DNA of 64,000 bases from an uncultured Candidatus Saccharibacteria bacterium (lineage in GTDB: Bacteria; Patescibacteriota; Saccharimonadia; CAILAD01; GCA-016700035): contig CAZHSY010000001.1 of assembly GCA_964535385.1 (NCBI GenBank), forward strand, positions 29,007 to 93,006, in the 5' to 3' direction. The notes below the pieces were generated by a model that saw only the letters and a program-made list of their open reading frames with translations, was not told the DNA's origin and did no database searches. A program made the position numbers and the translations under genes. Below are positions 19,444-29,012 of this stretch, in pieces (position 1 is the stretch's first letter; every line of letters begins with the position of its first letter).

Positions 19444-19497
19444 GATCCCGAAGCGTTAACATTAATGCGCTTCGGGATCTCAACTTTTTACTTTTTC
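19444..19497. terminator. bidirectional rho-independent terminator (end of ribozyme operon; convergent msrB)
   Basis: GATCCCGAAGCG-uuaacauuaau-GCGCUUCGGGAUC followed by TCAACTTTTTACTTTTTC. Confidence 0.7.
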
Positions 19498-19880
19498 TTC
19501 AGATCCAAGCTAGCCGAATTAATACAAAACCGCTGCCCTGTAGTCTCCTTCGGTCCGTCCTCAAACATATGTCCAAGGTGGGCTCCACACCGACTACAAA
19601 CTACCTCTGTGCGATGCATACCATCCGAGTCATCTGTGCGCATCACAATACTACCTGGCACGGCCTGGTCGAAGCTTGGCCAGCCACTCACCGACTCAAA
19701 CTTATGCTCACTACCAAAGAGCACTTGTCCGCAAACCTTACAGGTATAGGTGCCGTCGGTGTGCTCATCCCAGTACTTACCTGTAAACGGCGCCTCTGTC
19801 CCCGCCTTCTGGGTAATGTCATACTCTTCGGGTGTTAGGCGCTCTTTGAGCTTTTCACGGTCAACCTTATACTGAGTCAT
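19488..19880 (-). CDS. msrB: peptide-methionine (R)-S-oxide reductase
   Basis: 130 aa. CxxC...CxxC zinc motif and RCGAHLGHMFEDGP active-site region. Confidence 0.9.
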   Translation of the reverse strand: MTQYKVDREKLKERLTPEEYDITQKAGTEAPFTGKYWDEHTDGTYTCKVCGQVLFGSEHKFESVSGWPSFDQAVPGSIVMRTDDSDGMHRTEVVCSRCGAHLGHMFEDGPKETTGQRFCINSASLDLKKK

Positions 19881-19994
19881 TACCTTCTCCTTTTGTACTA
19901 CAATACCCCTTCTGCAACAGATACGAAATCATTGACTTTATCAATATTTGATGCTATTATACAAAAAGCACCTACCACCCCCTCAGGAGGGAAA

Positions 19995-20537
19995 ATGAGC
20001 ACAAGCACGGGTACCGAACTCGAGGTGGTCCGAAGGACCGTCCTCGAACACACCACCTACTACGACCACACCACCGGGCGCCCCATCACCGACCGCATCA
20101 ATCTTGCTGGACGCATCTCCTCCGAGATCGTCAAGCGCGACATGAGCATCGAGGACGCCCTGACCTGCCTGGAGACTCTGGGCACCGTCAAAAGTGCCAA
20201 CCTCACCGCGGTGATGCGGCTGGCTGATACCGGTTTGCCACTTCTCAACGTCCATCATCTCTTCGCCTTCTGCGATGAGCTGGCCGTGCCAGTCGACTTC
20301 GGTCGTGACTGGCTGCGTTTCTTCGCAGTCGAACTGGCAGACGAGGATGAGATAACCAACGCCATCATCATGGCAGAGGGTCTCATTCAGAAGCTCCGTG
20401 ACACCGAGCGAGATCCCATCCAGCAGAAGATCAATCATGACCGCGACAACACGAGCTTCCTCTCGGAAGTCCGTTTGCTCGCCGAGCAGCGACAGATCCT
20501 GGTCCTCGAGACCCTCTGCGACGAATTGATGATCTGA
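19995..20537 (+). CDS. hypothetical protein (high-GC)
   Basis: Likely start MSTSTGTELEVV, 7 nt after GGAGGG. The track ORF starts earlier, at 19893, in AT-rich sequence. The stop overlaps the next gene's start (TGATGA). Confidence 0.45.
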   Translation: MSTSTGTELEVVRRTVLEHTTYYDHTTGRPITDRINLAGRISSEIVKRDMSIEDALTCLETLGTVKSANLTAVMRLADTGLPLLNVHHLFAFCDELAVPVDFGRDWLRFFAVELADEDEITNAIIMAEGLIQKLRDTERDPIQQKINHDRDNTSFLSEVRLLAEQRQILVLETLCDELMI

Positions 20538-21442
20538 TGACCATCAAGAACCCGTTCAACGAACTGGGGCTCGCCCCGGCGGCCGTCAAGGCCGCTGGGT
20601 ACGAGCGCTGCATGGACTTGGCGCAAGCCATGTACCGGCAGATGTCGAAGTATCGACACCCTGACGTTGGTGGATCTGCCAAGAGCTTTGCAGCCCTCGA
20701 GGAGGCCATGCGCTTCCTCGAGGATCCGAGTTTGCGGAAGGAGTTCTACGACGAATATGTTGGCAAGTTGGGTGAAGCCCGACTACAGCAGGTTCGTGAG
20801 CAGAATGACTCCCTCAAGCTGGAGCTCAACATGGTTCGAGAGCGACTTAGTCAAGCTATCGGCGCGCCTTTCTCACCAGGTTCCATCCAAAACCTGACGC
20901 CGGGCACACTGCTGCTCATCTCGGATCACCCTGACTGGATCCTCTTGCGAGCCGATGAGGCTGGCGTGACGATGCAGTACCTCGAGGAAGGTGAGGCCAA
21001 GCGCCAAACCGCCCTCTGGGATAATCAGGGTACCGGCAGGTCATTCATCGTGACTCACACCCAACGAGCTTTCCACTGGGATCAAAGCAAGATCACCAAG
21101 GCTGAGGCTGGCTTCTGGCTGGCTGCACCAGCCGGTGAGACCAAGACCCAGTACCTGGCTCGGCTCGAACCCATTGGCAAAGCCGTAGCGGTTCCGTTCG
21201 ACCTGATCGCTTGTCTAGGATACAGTGTCGTAAACCGCAATACCGCTGATACGCAGAGGGCGCTGAATGCCAGCGTTATGCCACGTAGCGGAGTCGGCGC
21301 AGCCGCACTTTCGGACAGCAGTGCCCAGGCACTGAGTTTCCGTCCGGAGCTCGGCGCGACGCTGATCATCTCTCGGTATGCCGACGCGCGAACTTTCCAG
21401 CCCCTGGGCACCATCCAGGGCGGGCTGATCCCACAGCCATGA
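20537..21442 (+). CDS. J-domain (DnaJ-like) protein
   Basis: N-terminal NPFNELGL...AYRQMSKYRHPDVGG includes the HPD tripeptide of J domains. 301 aa, high-GC. Confidence 0.55.
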   Translation: MTIKNPFNELGLAPAAVKAAGYERCMDLAQAMYRQMSKYRHPDVGGSAKSFAALEEAMRFLEDPSLRKEFYDEYVGKLGEARLQQVREQNDSLKLELNMVRERLSQAIGAPFSPGSIQNLTPGTLLLISDHPDWILLRADEAGVTMQYLEEGEAKRQTALWDNQGTGRSFIVTHTQRAFHWDQSKITKAEAGFWLAAPAGETKTQYLARLEPIGKAVAVPFDLIACLGYSVVNRNTADTQRALNASVMPRSGVGAAALSDSSAQALSFRPELGATLIISRYADARTFQPLGTIQGGLIPQP

Positions 21443-21462
21443 GGCCAACTCGTGCCTCACCA

Positions 21463-21502
21463 CACCTCCTCACGGATAACGTGAGGAGGTGTTCTTTTTT
21501 TA
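21463..21502 (+). terminator. rho-independent terminator
   Basis: CACCTCCTCACG-gataa-CGTGAGGAGGTG followed by TTCTTTTTTTAA. Confidence 0.7.
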
Positions 21503-21506
21503 ATCT

Positions 21507-23285
21507 TTAATCAAGCTGCGCGATCCAGCCTTTTACAATCTCAAAGCCACCCCGCCAGAAATCTGGGCTCTCAATATCAACTCCGACCTCAGCCAAAACT
21601 GCCTTCGGCTCACGCGATCCACCAGCCGCTAAAATGGCCTCGATCTTCGGCACAAAGCTCTCGCCTTCTTGCTGATAACGAGCGTAGAACGACATACTCA
21701 AGAGATCACCGAAGCTGTAGGCGTAACAATAAAACGGTGTATGTACGATGTGTGGAATGTATGACCACTCGTACTGGAAGATCTCATCCAACTCCACCGC
21801 ATCGCCAAACTGCTGCTTGAGCCCCCTCATCCATTCCTTCTGCAAGTCCTCGACCCCAGCTCCCTCAGGAATCGACGCGTGGACTGCATTCTCAAACCTC
21901 ACAAAGTACGTCTGGCGCAGAATCGTCGCATAGCTATCAGCAATTTTTTCAGCTAAGAGTGCCTGGCGCTCGGTCTTGTCCTTAGTATTCGCAAGGATTT
22001 TATCGAAGAGCACCATCTCACCAAAGGTCGAGGCAGTTTCGGCCAGTGGTAAATTCGGATGCTGCGAACCAATCGGCAAATGCGCCGCATAGAGCGAGTG
22101 CACACCGTGACCAAGTTCATGAGCCAGCGTCGAAATATCTCGACTCCGGCCGGCAAAATTCAGTAAGACATAGGGTGCTAAATCAGGAGTAACCGTGGCA
22201 CAAAAGGCCCCACTCCGCTTATTTTTACGAGGATGCGAATCGACGTGACGTTCATCCAAAATCCGCTGAGCATGACCGGCAAAGGTTGGTGAAAACTCGC
22301 GATAGGTTTCCATCACCATGTCGACTGCTTCAGGGTACGTGTATGTGCTCTTGCTCTCTTCCAAAGGTGCGTAGAGGTCAAAGCGACGGAGCTTCTCGAG
22401 CCCCAAGCGCTGAGCCTTCCAGCGGAAAAAATCCTGGAAGATACCAGCTTCTGACTCACAGACGCTCATCAGAGCTTCGATGGCTTTGTCAGAGATTTGA
22501 TTAGCCGCATTGCGCATCGCAATCGGACTCTTGTAGCCACGCAATTTTGCCTCGTAAGCCCAATCTTTTACGACTGCTTGGTAGATCTTGAAGAACTTAT
22601 CTTGATTATCAGCGTATGGCTTGAAGAGCGCTTTATAGACTGCTTCACGGACAATTGGATCCGGCGAGTAAATGTTAGCCTTGAGCTCCTCATTGGTTTC
22701 GTAATGAGTGATCTTACCATTCACGTCCATGTCGTAGGTGAAATCCGTCTCCAAGCTTTCTCGCAAGTCAGTTAGTACACTCACTCCAGTGGCATCTTTG
22801 TGGCTAATGATGTCTTCTTCGCTCAGGCTCAGCGTATGCGCCGCCATTTCACGACTATAGGTTAAGTTGTACTCCATGCCTTCGACCGACTTAAATAACC
22901 TCTGGGCGTTCTTGTCATCCAGGAGCTCCATACCCTCCACCGGCTTACCCTTCAGCCACATACTAATTGGCCGACCAGCCTCTCGTAGCTTCAGTGATAG
23001 GTCCTGAGCTCGTGTCTTCAGGAGAGCTGGCTCACCAGCCTTGCCGTCAGTCGATTCCCAGAGGGCCGGCATGTCATACAAACGTGCAAGTTTTTCGGTC
23101 AATTCATTCTGCCACGCAAAGTACTCATTAAACTCTTCCGTAGTTATAGCCGGCTGCATGCGCTTCTGCCAAGATGTGAGCTCCGGCAGAGCTGCTTCGA
23201 TATCGGCGTAGGCTGATTCAAAATCTTTGAGGGGTAGCACTTGGTCGAGGTCCCAACGGACTTCTGCGGGAGTAGGTTTTGTCAT
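21507..23285 (-). CDS. pepF: oligoendopeptidase F (M3B family)
   Basis: 592 aa. Zinc motif HELGHGVH; overall M3 peptidase architecture. Confidence 0.85.
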   Translation of the reverse strand: MTKPTPAEVRWDLDQVLPLKDFESAYADIEAALPELTSWQKRMQPAITTEEFNEYFAWQNELTEKLARLYDMPALWESTDGKAGEPALLKTRAQDLSLKLREAGRPISMWLKGKPVEGMELLDDKNAQRLFKSVEGMEYNLTYSREMAAHTLSLSEEDIISHKDATGVSVLTDLRESLETDFTYDMDVNGKITHYETNEELKANIYSPDPIVREAVYKALFKPYADNQDKFFKIYQAVVKDWAYEAKLRGYKSPIAMRNAANQISDKAIEALMSVCESEAGIFQDFFRWKAQRLGLEKLRRFDLYAPLEESKSTYTYPEAVDMVMETYREFSPTFAGHAQRILDERHVDSHPRKNKRSGAFCATVTPDLAPYVLLNFAGRSRDISTLAHELGHGVHSLYAAHLPIGSQHPNLPLAETASTFGEMVLFDKILANTKDKTERQALLAEKIADSYATILRQTYFVRFENAVHASIPEGAGVEDLQKEWMRGLKQQFGDAVELDEIFQYEWSYIPHIVHTPFYCYAYSFGDLLSMSFYARYQQEGESFVPKIEAILAAGGSREPKAVLAEVGVDIESPDFWRGGFEIVKGWIAQLD

Positions 23286-23412
23286 ATCCCTATTGTCTCG
23301 CGATCAGCCCAAAATCGCTAGCGTAAGCAGGTCATTTCATTGACTTATAATAGATAAAGTTGTAATATATCAAACCGAATCATCTGTACCTTCGAGATTT
23401 TGGAGTAACTCC

Positions 23413-23760
23413 ATGCCTCACGTCCTTCCGTTCTACACCAAGGCCGGTAAGACCGCCATCATCGACACCTACGGCACACTGAAGAAGTTCGACAAGCACC
23501 TGGTGAAAGCCGTGCTCAACACCTTCAATTCCACCTGCGATGAGATAATGGACAAGGACAACGTCCCCCTCCACCCCTTCACCATCACCACCTCTATGCC
23601 GATCGATATCGAGCCAGTGATCGTGGCCTGGGACACCCCGGCACGCCATCCTCATCGACGCACGCTGGAGCACAAGCTCCGCCTGGCAGTACTCCCTGGC
23701 AACTTCCCTGTCCCCTGGCAGCTGAACCTTGTCTTCGCCGGTGATCGACGACTAGGCTAG
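23413..23760 (+). CDS. hypothetical protein
   Basis: 115 aa. Upstream TTGACT-17-TAATAT promoter and a GGAG ribosome-binding site. Confidence 0.4.
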   Translation: MPHVLPFYTKAGKTAIIDTYGTLKKFDKHLVKAVLNTFNSTCDEIMDKDNVPLHPFTITTSMPIDIEPVIVAWDTPARHPHRRTLEHKLRLAVLPGNFPVPWQLNLVFAGDRRLG

Positions 23761-23823
23761 AGGCCTGAAATACATTAAAAGCCCCGAGACGACACAAGTG
23801 TTTCGGGGCTTGTTTTAATAAAA

Positions 23824-23913
23824 TGGCGGAGAGAGAGGGATTCGAACCCTCGATACGGTTACCCGCATACACGCTTTCCAAGCGTGCTCCTTCAGCCACT
23901 CGGACACCTCTCC
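23824..23913 (-). tRNA. tRNA-Ser (anticodon GGA)
   Basis: Reverse complement reads GGAGAGGTGTCCGAGTGG...CTTGGAAAG...GGTTCGAATCCCTCTCTCTCCGCCA. It has a long variable arm and an encoded CCA. Confidence 0.8.
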
Positions 23914-24009
23914 AAATTTTTTAGCGTAACGCAGCTGATTATATCTGAAAACACTGACTCAAACCAAATAAAAAACTGGCCTAATCCTCATGCAAGAATT
24001 AGACCAGTA

Positions 24010-25107
24010 TCATCCGGCTATCAGTGTCTCGCCGGTAAGGGCACAAAACTCGTCGAGCCAGATGAGCGGATAGCGCTGGAGAGACTTCTGTGTTCCCCGC
24101 TGCGCTCGTTGAAAGTGATAATCCGAGACTACCAGTACCGCCGGCACTCGATAGCGCTCGAGCCGCTCAGCCACCACGAGATGGTTGGTGTAATCATCTC
24201 CCACCAGATAAGCAACACCCTGGTAATCCTCTGGCTCGCGCCACAGGAAGTGCTCGTGCACCCAGGTGGTCAGATCCATATCGATGTCACGCAAGTGGTG
24301 ATCGCGACGAACAATGCCGCGGGCACAAGCGTAGACTCGATACATGAAGTCCGCCAAGTCCCGGTCGGGCACCTGCAAGGGGTCAGCCCCATTCACGCAA
24401 GGCCCCAGCATCGGCGAGGCACGTAGCGCTTCGACGAGCTGAGCAAACTCCTGTCGCTGCTCTTGACGCCGCTCGTTCAGGAAACGATTGCAGAGCTCGA
24501 GACAGACACGCATCAAGATGTCCCAGTACTCTGGGTTACGCTGCAACAGCTGCTTCGGTCGGGTTCGCAGAGTTCGGAGCTGACTCTTCGTAGCACTGTC
24601 GCCATGACGCGCCAACAACTCCTCAGCCAAATCGCGGAACAAATCCCAATCCTCATAGGTGTGAAGATGCAAGAATTCACCGCGTTGTGTCATCTCGGGA
24701 ATGCGTACCAGCTCATCAAGCCGTTGGAAGAGCTCCATATCCCCCTCGGGAGCCCTGGAGCTCACCCGAGTAATGACACTCCAGCCAGTCTCTTCGAGTG
24801 CGAGGCGCTCTCGAACGTAGTTAGATGTCAGCGATGGGCTGTCCGGCGACTGCAGGAAGGCCGTCGCCTCGAAAGTGAACTGCTGCGGAGCTGCCTTCAG
24901 GCGTTCGGCAGCATCCAGCTGCAACGCCTTACGCAGGTATCCGAGGTTCAAACTCTGACTAATGTCCTGCATCGTGTGCCAGACATTCGGCCAATCCATC
25001 GCTACCACGGCCAGTCGTTCTGGCCCGTGAGCAGCCGAGGAATTGCACTGATTACCAAGTGACACGCTCATCTTCACCCCCTTTCGGTGAGAGCGCATAC
25101 CATTCAA
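24010..25107 (-). CDS. hypothetical protein (high-GC)
   Basis: 365 aa ORF. No confident motif. Confidence 0.45.
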   Translation of the reverse strand: MNGMRSHRKGVKMSVSLGNQCNSSAAHGPERLAVVAMDWPNVWHTMQDISQSLNLGYLRKALQLDAAERLKAAPQQFTFEATAFLQSPDSPSLTSNYVRERLALEETGWSVITRVSSRAPEGDMELFQRLDELVRIPEMTQRGEFLHLHTYEDWDLFRDLAEELLARHGDSATKSQLRTLRTRPKQLLQRNPEYWDILMRVCLELCNRFLNERRQEQRQEFAQLVEALRASPMLGPCVNGADPLQVPDRDLADFMYRVYACARGIVRRDHHLRDIDMDLTTWVHEHFLWREPEDYQGVAYLVGDDYTNHLVVAERLERYRVPAVLVVSDYHFQRAQRGTQKSLQRYPLIWLDEFCALTGETLIAG

Positions 25108-25192
25108 GGTACTATGGAAACAAATTGTAATATATTTTTACTAAAAGCGCAAGCCTTTCGTCCAGATTGCTGGGGTGTCAAATATAACCTTA

Positions 25193-25432
25193 CTACCCCT
25201 GCCCGCGCCGCCGCTCCGAGTACCGCCAGACACCATAGGCCACGCCCAGCGCCCCACATGTCACCAGCCAGGTCTTCAAGGCAAGCACCCAGCAGACTGA
25301 AGTCACGTCGTAACCCACGGCAATACAATCACCAGAGCAAGTTCCCCGTACGTAGCACTGGAGGAAGGCTACAGCGGCAGCGGCAATCGGTCCAATAACC
25401 AGAATGAGTGAGGCAAACCGCCACTGCTTCAC
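25193..25432 (-). CDS. small membrane protein
   Basis: 79 aa with two hydrophobic segments. Confidence 0.3.
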   Translation of the reverse strand: MKQWRFASLILVIGPIAAAAVAFLQCYVRGTCSGDCIAVGYDVTSVCWVLALKTWLVTCGALGVAYGVWRYSERRRGQG

Positions 25433-25443
25433 AACAAGAAACC

Positions 25444-26496
25444 TCAGGCTAGTTCCTTCTTAAAATCCTGCACCATATCAACCGGCGTCGGATCGATACC
25501 ATTCAAGATACCGAGATATGATGAGACGTAATCACCTAGCATAATCATCCAGAGCATTTGCCGAAGTGGGGTATCACCTTCTGCCACAATCACTTCTGGC
25601 CTGTAGCCGTGTTCTCGCAAGAGTTTATGAGTAATCTCCAAGCGCTTCTTAATGCGCGGGTTCTCAAAGCTCGATTCCAGTTGTACGGTGGCCAGAGCCT
25701 TTTCTTTCGGGAAAATCCACCCTTGAAATTCATTGTGATTGAGCTCCGGGAAGACATTGCACCAGGCGAGTTGCTTAGCGTTTTCGTTAATATCGATCTT
25801 CCACTTATATATAGCTGCCCGCAGCGCCTGGCCGCCATAAATCACCACTGGTTTATCCTGTAGAGCGAGGGCTAGCTTCTTAGCCGGGTTATCCTCTCCA
25901 GCAATGTTATCCAGACCAAGTGGAAACTTAGCTGTATCAAGCCAATCAGCGGCGTCCTGAAGCTCTCGGCGCAAATCACGCTCCCCCGCCAAGCCAGCAT
26001 CACCCAAGAGGCAGGCCAGCGCCCGCATGCCGGCCATGACAGCAAAACGCGGCTGCGACACCTGAGGTAATTTCAATGTCAGATAGCCTTTGGCCTGAGC
26101 TCGCTCCAGAAGCTGTCCACCAGCTGTCATGATTACAATTCGAGCACTACGCTTCTCGGCAGCCTCCAGAGCGGCCAATGTCTCTTCAGTATCTCCAGAG
26201 TAGCTCGAGAGGATCGTCAGTGTTGCCGGACCAACGTACCCAGGGAGTGTGTAGCTGCGGACGATCTCAAACGGCACGGTCAGATCGCTACCCAGCCAGT
26301 TCTTAATCCCATCAGCTGCCAGAGCCGAGCCGCCCATGCCAGCCAGTACTATACTTGAGAGACCCTGACCCCATTCCGGTGTCACATCATCACCCATACT
26401 GTCGGCGAATTGCAGTCGCAGCTGATCGGGCTGGGCATCAATGGCATCGAAGATGTGACTTTTGTCGAGTTTGGGGAGGTCGGCGAATTGTTTCAT
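25444..26496 (-). CDS. SIS-domain bifunctional phosphoglucose/phosphomannose isomerase
   Basis: 350 aa. SIS motif LAGMGGSALAADG. Size and architecture match the archaeal-type PGI/PMI family. Confidence 0.65.
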   Translation of the reverse strand: MKQFADLPKLDKSHIFDAIDAQPDQLRLQFADSMGDDVTPEWGQGLSSIVLAGMGGSALAADGIKNWLGSDLTVPFEIVRSYTLPGYVGPATLTILSSYSGDTEETLAALEAAEKRSARIVIMTAGGQLLERAQAKGYLTLKLPQVSQPRFAVMAGMRALACLLGDAGLAGERDLRRELQDAADWLDTAKFPLGLDNIAGEDNPAKKLALALQDKPVVIYGGQALRAAIYKWKIDINENAKQLAWCNVFPELNHNEFQGWIFPKEKALATVQLESSFENPRIKKRLEITHKLLREHGYRPEVIVAEGDTPLRQMLWMIMLGDYVSSYLGILNGIDPTPVDMVQDFKKELA

Positions 26497-26637
26497 ACTC
26501 GTATTATGGCGTAATCTCTTATCCCTGTCGAACCAGATGACATAAGGGGTTGATTTTTTTGCCAGAAAGCACTAACATAGCCCGCATCGGCAGCGTCGCC
26601 GAGAAAGCACCTATTCCTACAAGCAATTGGAGTTACC

Positions 26638-27048
26638 GTGCCCCAACGGAATCCTATGACCCTCAGTGAGTTCCAGTTGCAAGCCCGAGAACGCAGCAAC
26701 AAAGTGTTTGCAGGGCGAGCAGCGCAACCCTTGGCACTCCTGAACCGCGAGGTCACCGCCAATCCAGAGCCCTGGCAAGCCCTCTGCTCTGGAGCCATTC
26801 GCTTCGCCACCGCCTGCTGCATTCAGATCCAGCGTGGTAACGGCGAAATCTCGAGCGGCAACCGGCGCTTCCGGCAGATGATCCGCTGGATCGACGAGTC
26901 GATCGAGCGCTGGAACGGCGAGGTGAAAGAGCAGTACCGGGAACTGCGGCGCTTGCTCGCCGAGATCGATCCCGAGTGCTTGCCTGAGCGCGATGAGATG
27001 GACCGCGCCCGCAGCGCCCATCCCGATCCCGCTCTCAGCATCGCCTGA
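26638..27048 (+). CDS. hypothetical protein (high-GC)
   Basis: 136 aa ORF, followed by a terminator at 27062-27104. Confidence 0.4.
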   Translation: MPQRNPMTLSEFQLQARERSNKVFAGRAAQPLALLNREVTANPEPWQALCSGAIRFATACCIQIQRGNGEISSGNRRFRQMIRWIDESIERWNGEVKEQYRELRRLLAEIDPECLPERDEMDRARSAHPDPALSIA

Positions 27049-27061
27049 CGACCGGCCAACA

Positions 27062-27104
27062 ACACCCTGGTAGACAATGATGTCTACCAGGGTGTTTTCT
27101 TTAT
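27062..27104 (+). terminator. rho-independent terminator
   Basis: CACCCTGGTAGACA-atga-TGTCTACCAGGGTG followed by TTTTCTTTATT. Confidence 0.7.
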
Positions 27105-27243
27105 TAAAATCTAGGGATTAGAAGCTAAAGCTGGAAAGTAAGTCATGACCAGGAATATTATCCCCTAACTCCTAAATTCTCAATAAATAAAGAAGACCTC
27201 CAGCGGTTAGGACCGCTGGAGGTCTGATGTAGGTTTGGCGGTT

Positions 27244-27456
27244 CTACTTCCGGAGCTTCGTGGGCCTCGCCGGTCGACCGACGCAGTAGCGCATCGAGCT
27301 GTCGAACTCGTCGGCGAAGCGACTGGTGCGCTCCCGCTTGGGGATGCGCTGGCTGGGATCGAGGTCGTCACCGACCAGCGGCTCGGTCAGAGCACACTCG
27401 AGGTCCGACATGTAGTCGGCCTCGTAGGGGTCGGCTTCGATCATGGTCTTGGGCAT
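27244..27456 (-). CDS. small hypothetical protein (very high-GC)
   Basis: Probable start MPKTMIEADPYEADYMSD, preceded by GGAGGGAAGA. This is shorter than the track ORF. A terminator hairpin lies at 27197-27228. Confidence 0.4.
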   Translation of the reverse strand: MPKTMIEADPYEADYMSDLECALTEPLVGDDLDPSQRIPKRERTSRFADEFDSSMRYCVGRPARPTKLRK

Positions 27457-27472
27457 TCTTCCCTCCTGGGAG

Positions 27473-28003
27473 TCAGGCGTTGATGGACTCGAGGCTGGCC
27501 TCGCGACACCGGATGACAGTAACGAGGTCGACAAACTCACCGAGCTCATCGAAGCTCAGAGGCACCCGACAGTGACGCCGGTTGGTCAGCCACTGGCGAC
27601 TGGTCGAGTCGAGATGATCGAAGAAGCTCGACCAGTCACGGCGTCGGCTGGCGACCTCCACCACTTCGACACGGAACTGAGTCCAGATGGAGATGATGTA
27701 CTCCAGATCCGGATCGAGCTGCTCGAGGAGTCCGAAGAGCTGCTCGCGAGCGTGACGCTGGCGATCAGCCACCAGTTGCGGGGCAATCAACCCGGCGTGC
27801 AGGTTGGAACCGATGCTCCGCTGCGCGCTGAGCGAGATGTTCAGACGCGGATCCCTGAGGACCCGCTCGTAGTACCAGGCCGCTCGGGACTGGTCGACGT
27901 CGGTGATGGCTGGGGAGTCCATCATGGAACCTCCTGAATATATAGGTGCGCGGATAAAAAACGAGAACGCCTTTGCTCTGTTGAAGAGAAAACGCCCTCT
28001 CAC
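27473..28003 (-). CDS. hypothetical protein (very high-GC)
   Basis: 176 aa ORF in a 65% GC block. Confidence 0.45.
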   Translation of the reverse strand: MRGRFLFNRAKAFSFFIRAPIYSGGSMMDSPAITDVDQSRAAWYYERVLRDPRLNISLSAQRSIGSNLHAGLIAPQLVADRQRHAREQLFGLLEQLDPDLEYIISIWTQFRVEVVEVASRRRDWSSFFDHLDSTSRQWLTNRRHCRVPLSFDELGEFVDLVTVIRCREASLESINA

Positions 28004-28146
28004 AAAGTTCTATTGTATAAAACTTTCTGAGAGAGGACAAAACGTTTGGAAATGGCCCAGAGGGGCCGGGAGCAGATGCGGTAGGCATCTTCGTGGTAAA
28101 ACCACAGCTCCCAGCCCCTCAGCCGTGCCCCAGCCGAGCTTGCAGA

Positions 28147-28899
28147 TCAGCGGCCGAACTCGACCGCCTTCTTGTAACCTCGATGGCGATCGGGATCCTG
28201 GGCTCGCTTGGCTGCCTCCTCGCGACCGCGCTGCTGCGCCTTGCGCTTGGAGGCCGACTTGCCACCCTTCGACTTGCCGCCACCGTTGCCGGTGGGCAGC
28301 TCGCCGAAGTGACGCTTCGAGAGGAAGCTCAGCCGCTCGGCCGTCTTCTCGAGGGAGTTGGGGTGGATCTTCAGCCCCTTGCCCTCGAGGACGGCGTCGA
28401 GCGCCTGGACCTGCCAATCGAACATCTCGGCGCGAGCCGAGAAGACGAAGGCCTCCTCGTCAGCGATGTCGACGATGGCAGCGATGGCCCCCTTGGACCG
28501 CCGCGTGCGCTCCGCGTACTCCGCCTGGGTCTCGAGCACGGCCTGCTTGGCCGCGTCGTAGCCCTCGGCGTCGAGGTCCTCGTCACGCAGACGCGTGACC
28601 AGCTTCTTGAGCTTCTCGAAGCCCCCGCAGGGGACGATCAGCTCGAAGAGCTGGATCCAAGCCGCCTGGGCTCGGATCTGCCGCTCGAGGAGCTGCAGAC
28701 CGCGGTTGCGGCGCTCCTCGGAACTGGCCGAGAGCAGGTTGCGGATGACCTCCGCGTTCTGCGGGGTCAGTGCGGCGTCGCCGTACTGGTCGACCCAGGC
28801 GATGGCCTGGCCGAAGGTCTGGAAGACCTCCGGCTGCTCGAAGAGCTCGGTGATGTCGGTGTCGATGTGGGGGATGGTGGTGGTCTCGGTCATGATCAT
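28147..28899 (-). CDS. hypothetical protein (very high-GC)
   Basis: 250 aa, with a Lys/Gly/Arg-rich basic C-terminal tail (GNGGGKSKGGKSASKRKAQQRGREEAAKR). Confidence 0.5.
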   Translation of the reverse strand: MIMTETTTIPHIDTDITELFEQPEVFQTFGQAIAWVDQYGDAALTPQNAEVIRNLLSASSEERRNRGLQLLERQIRAQAAWIQLFELIVPCGGFEKLKKLVTRLRDEDLDAEGYDAAKQAVLETQAEYAERTRRSKGAIAAIVDIADEEAFVFSARAEMFDWQVQALDAVLEGKGLKIHPNSLEKTAERLSFLSKRHFGELPTGNGGGKSKGGKSASKRKAQQRGREEAAKRAQDPDRHRGYKKAVEFGR

Positions 28900-28940
28900 G
28901 GATCTGTCCTCCTAAGGGACGGTATTCCGAAAAACCAACC

Positions 28941-29012
28941 TGGTCTCCGGATATCTAATCCCTATCTGGTGCTAATCTGTACAATAGATAGGCTTCAGGT
29001 ATCCGGAGACGT
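28941..29012. promoter_or_regulatory. nested inverted repeats (operator-like) upstream of gene 28147..28899
   Basis: GGTCTCCGGATATC ... GGTATCCGGAGAC inverted repeat separated by about 40 nt, with an inner CTATCT...AGATAG repeat. Confidence 0.4.

Noticed and set aside
24463-25062. 199 aa plus-strand ORF
   Set aside because: Lies entirely inside, and antisense to, the 365 aa minus-strand gene 24010..25107.
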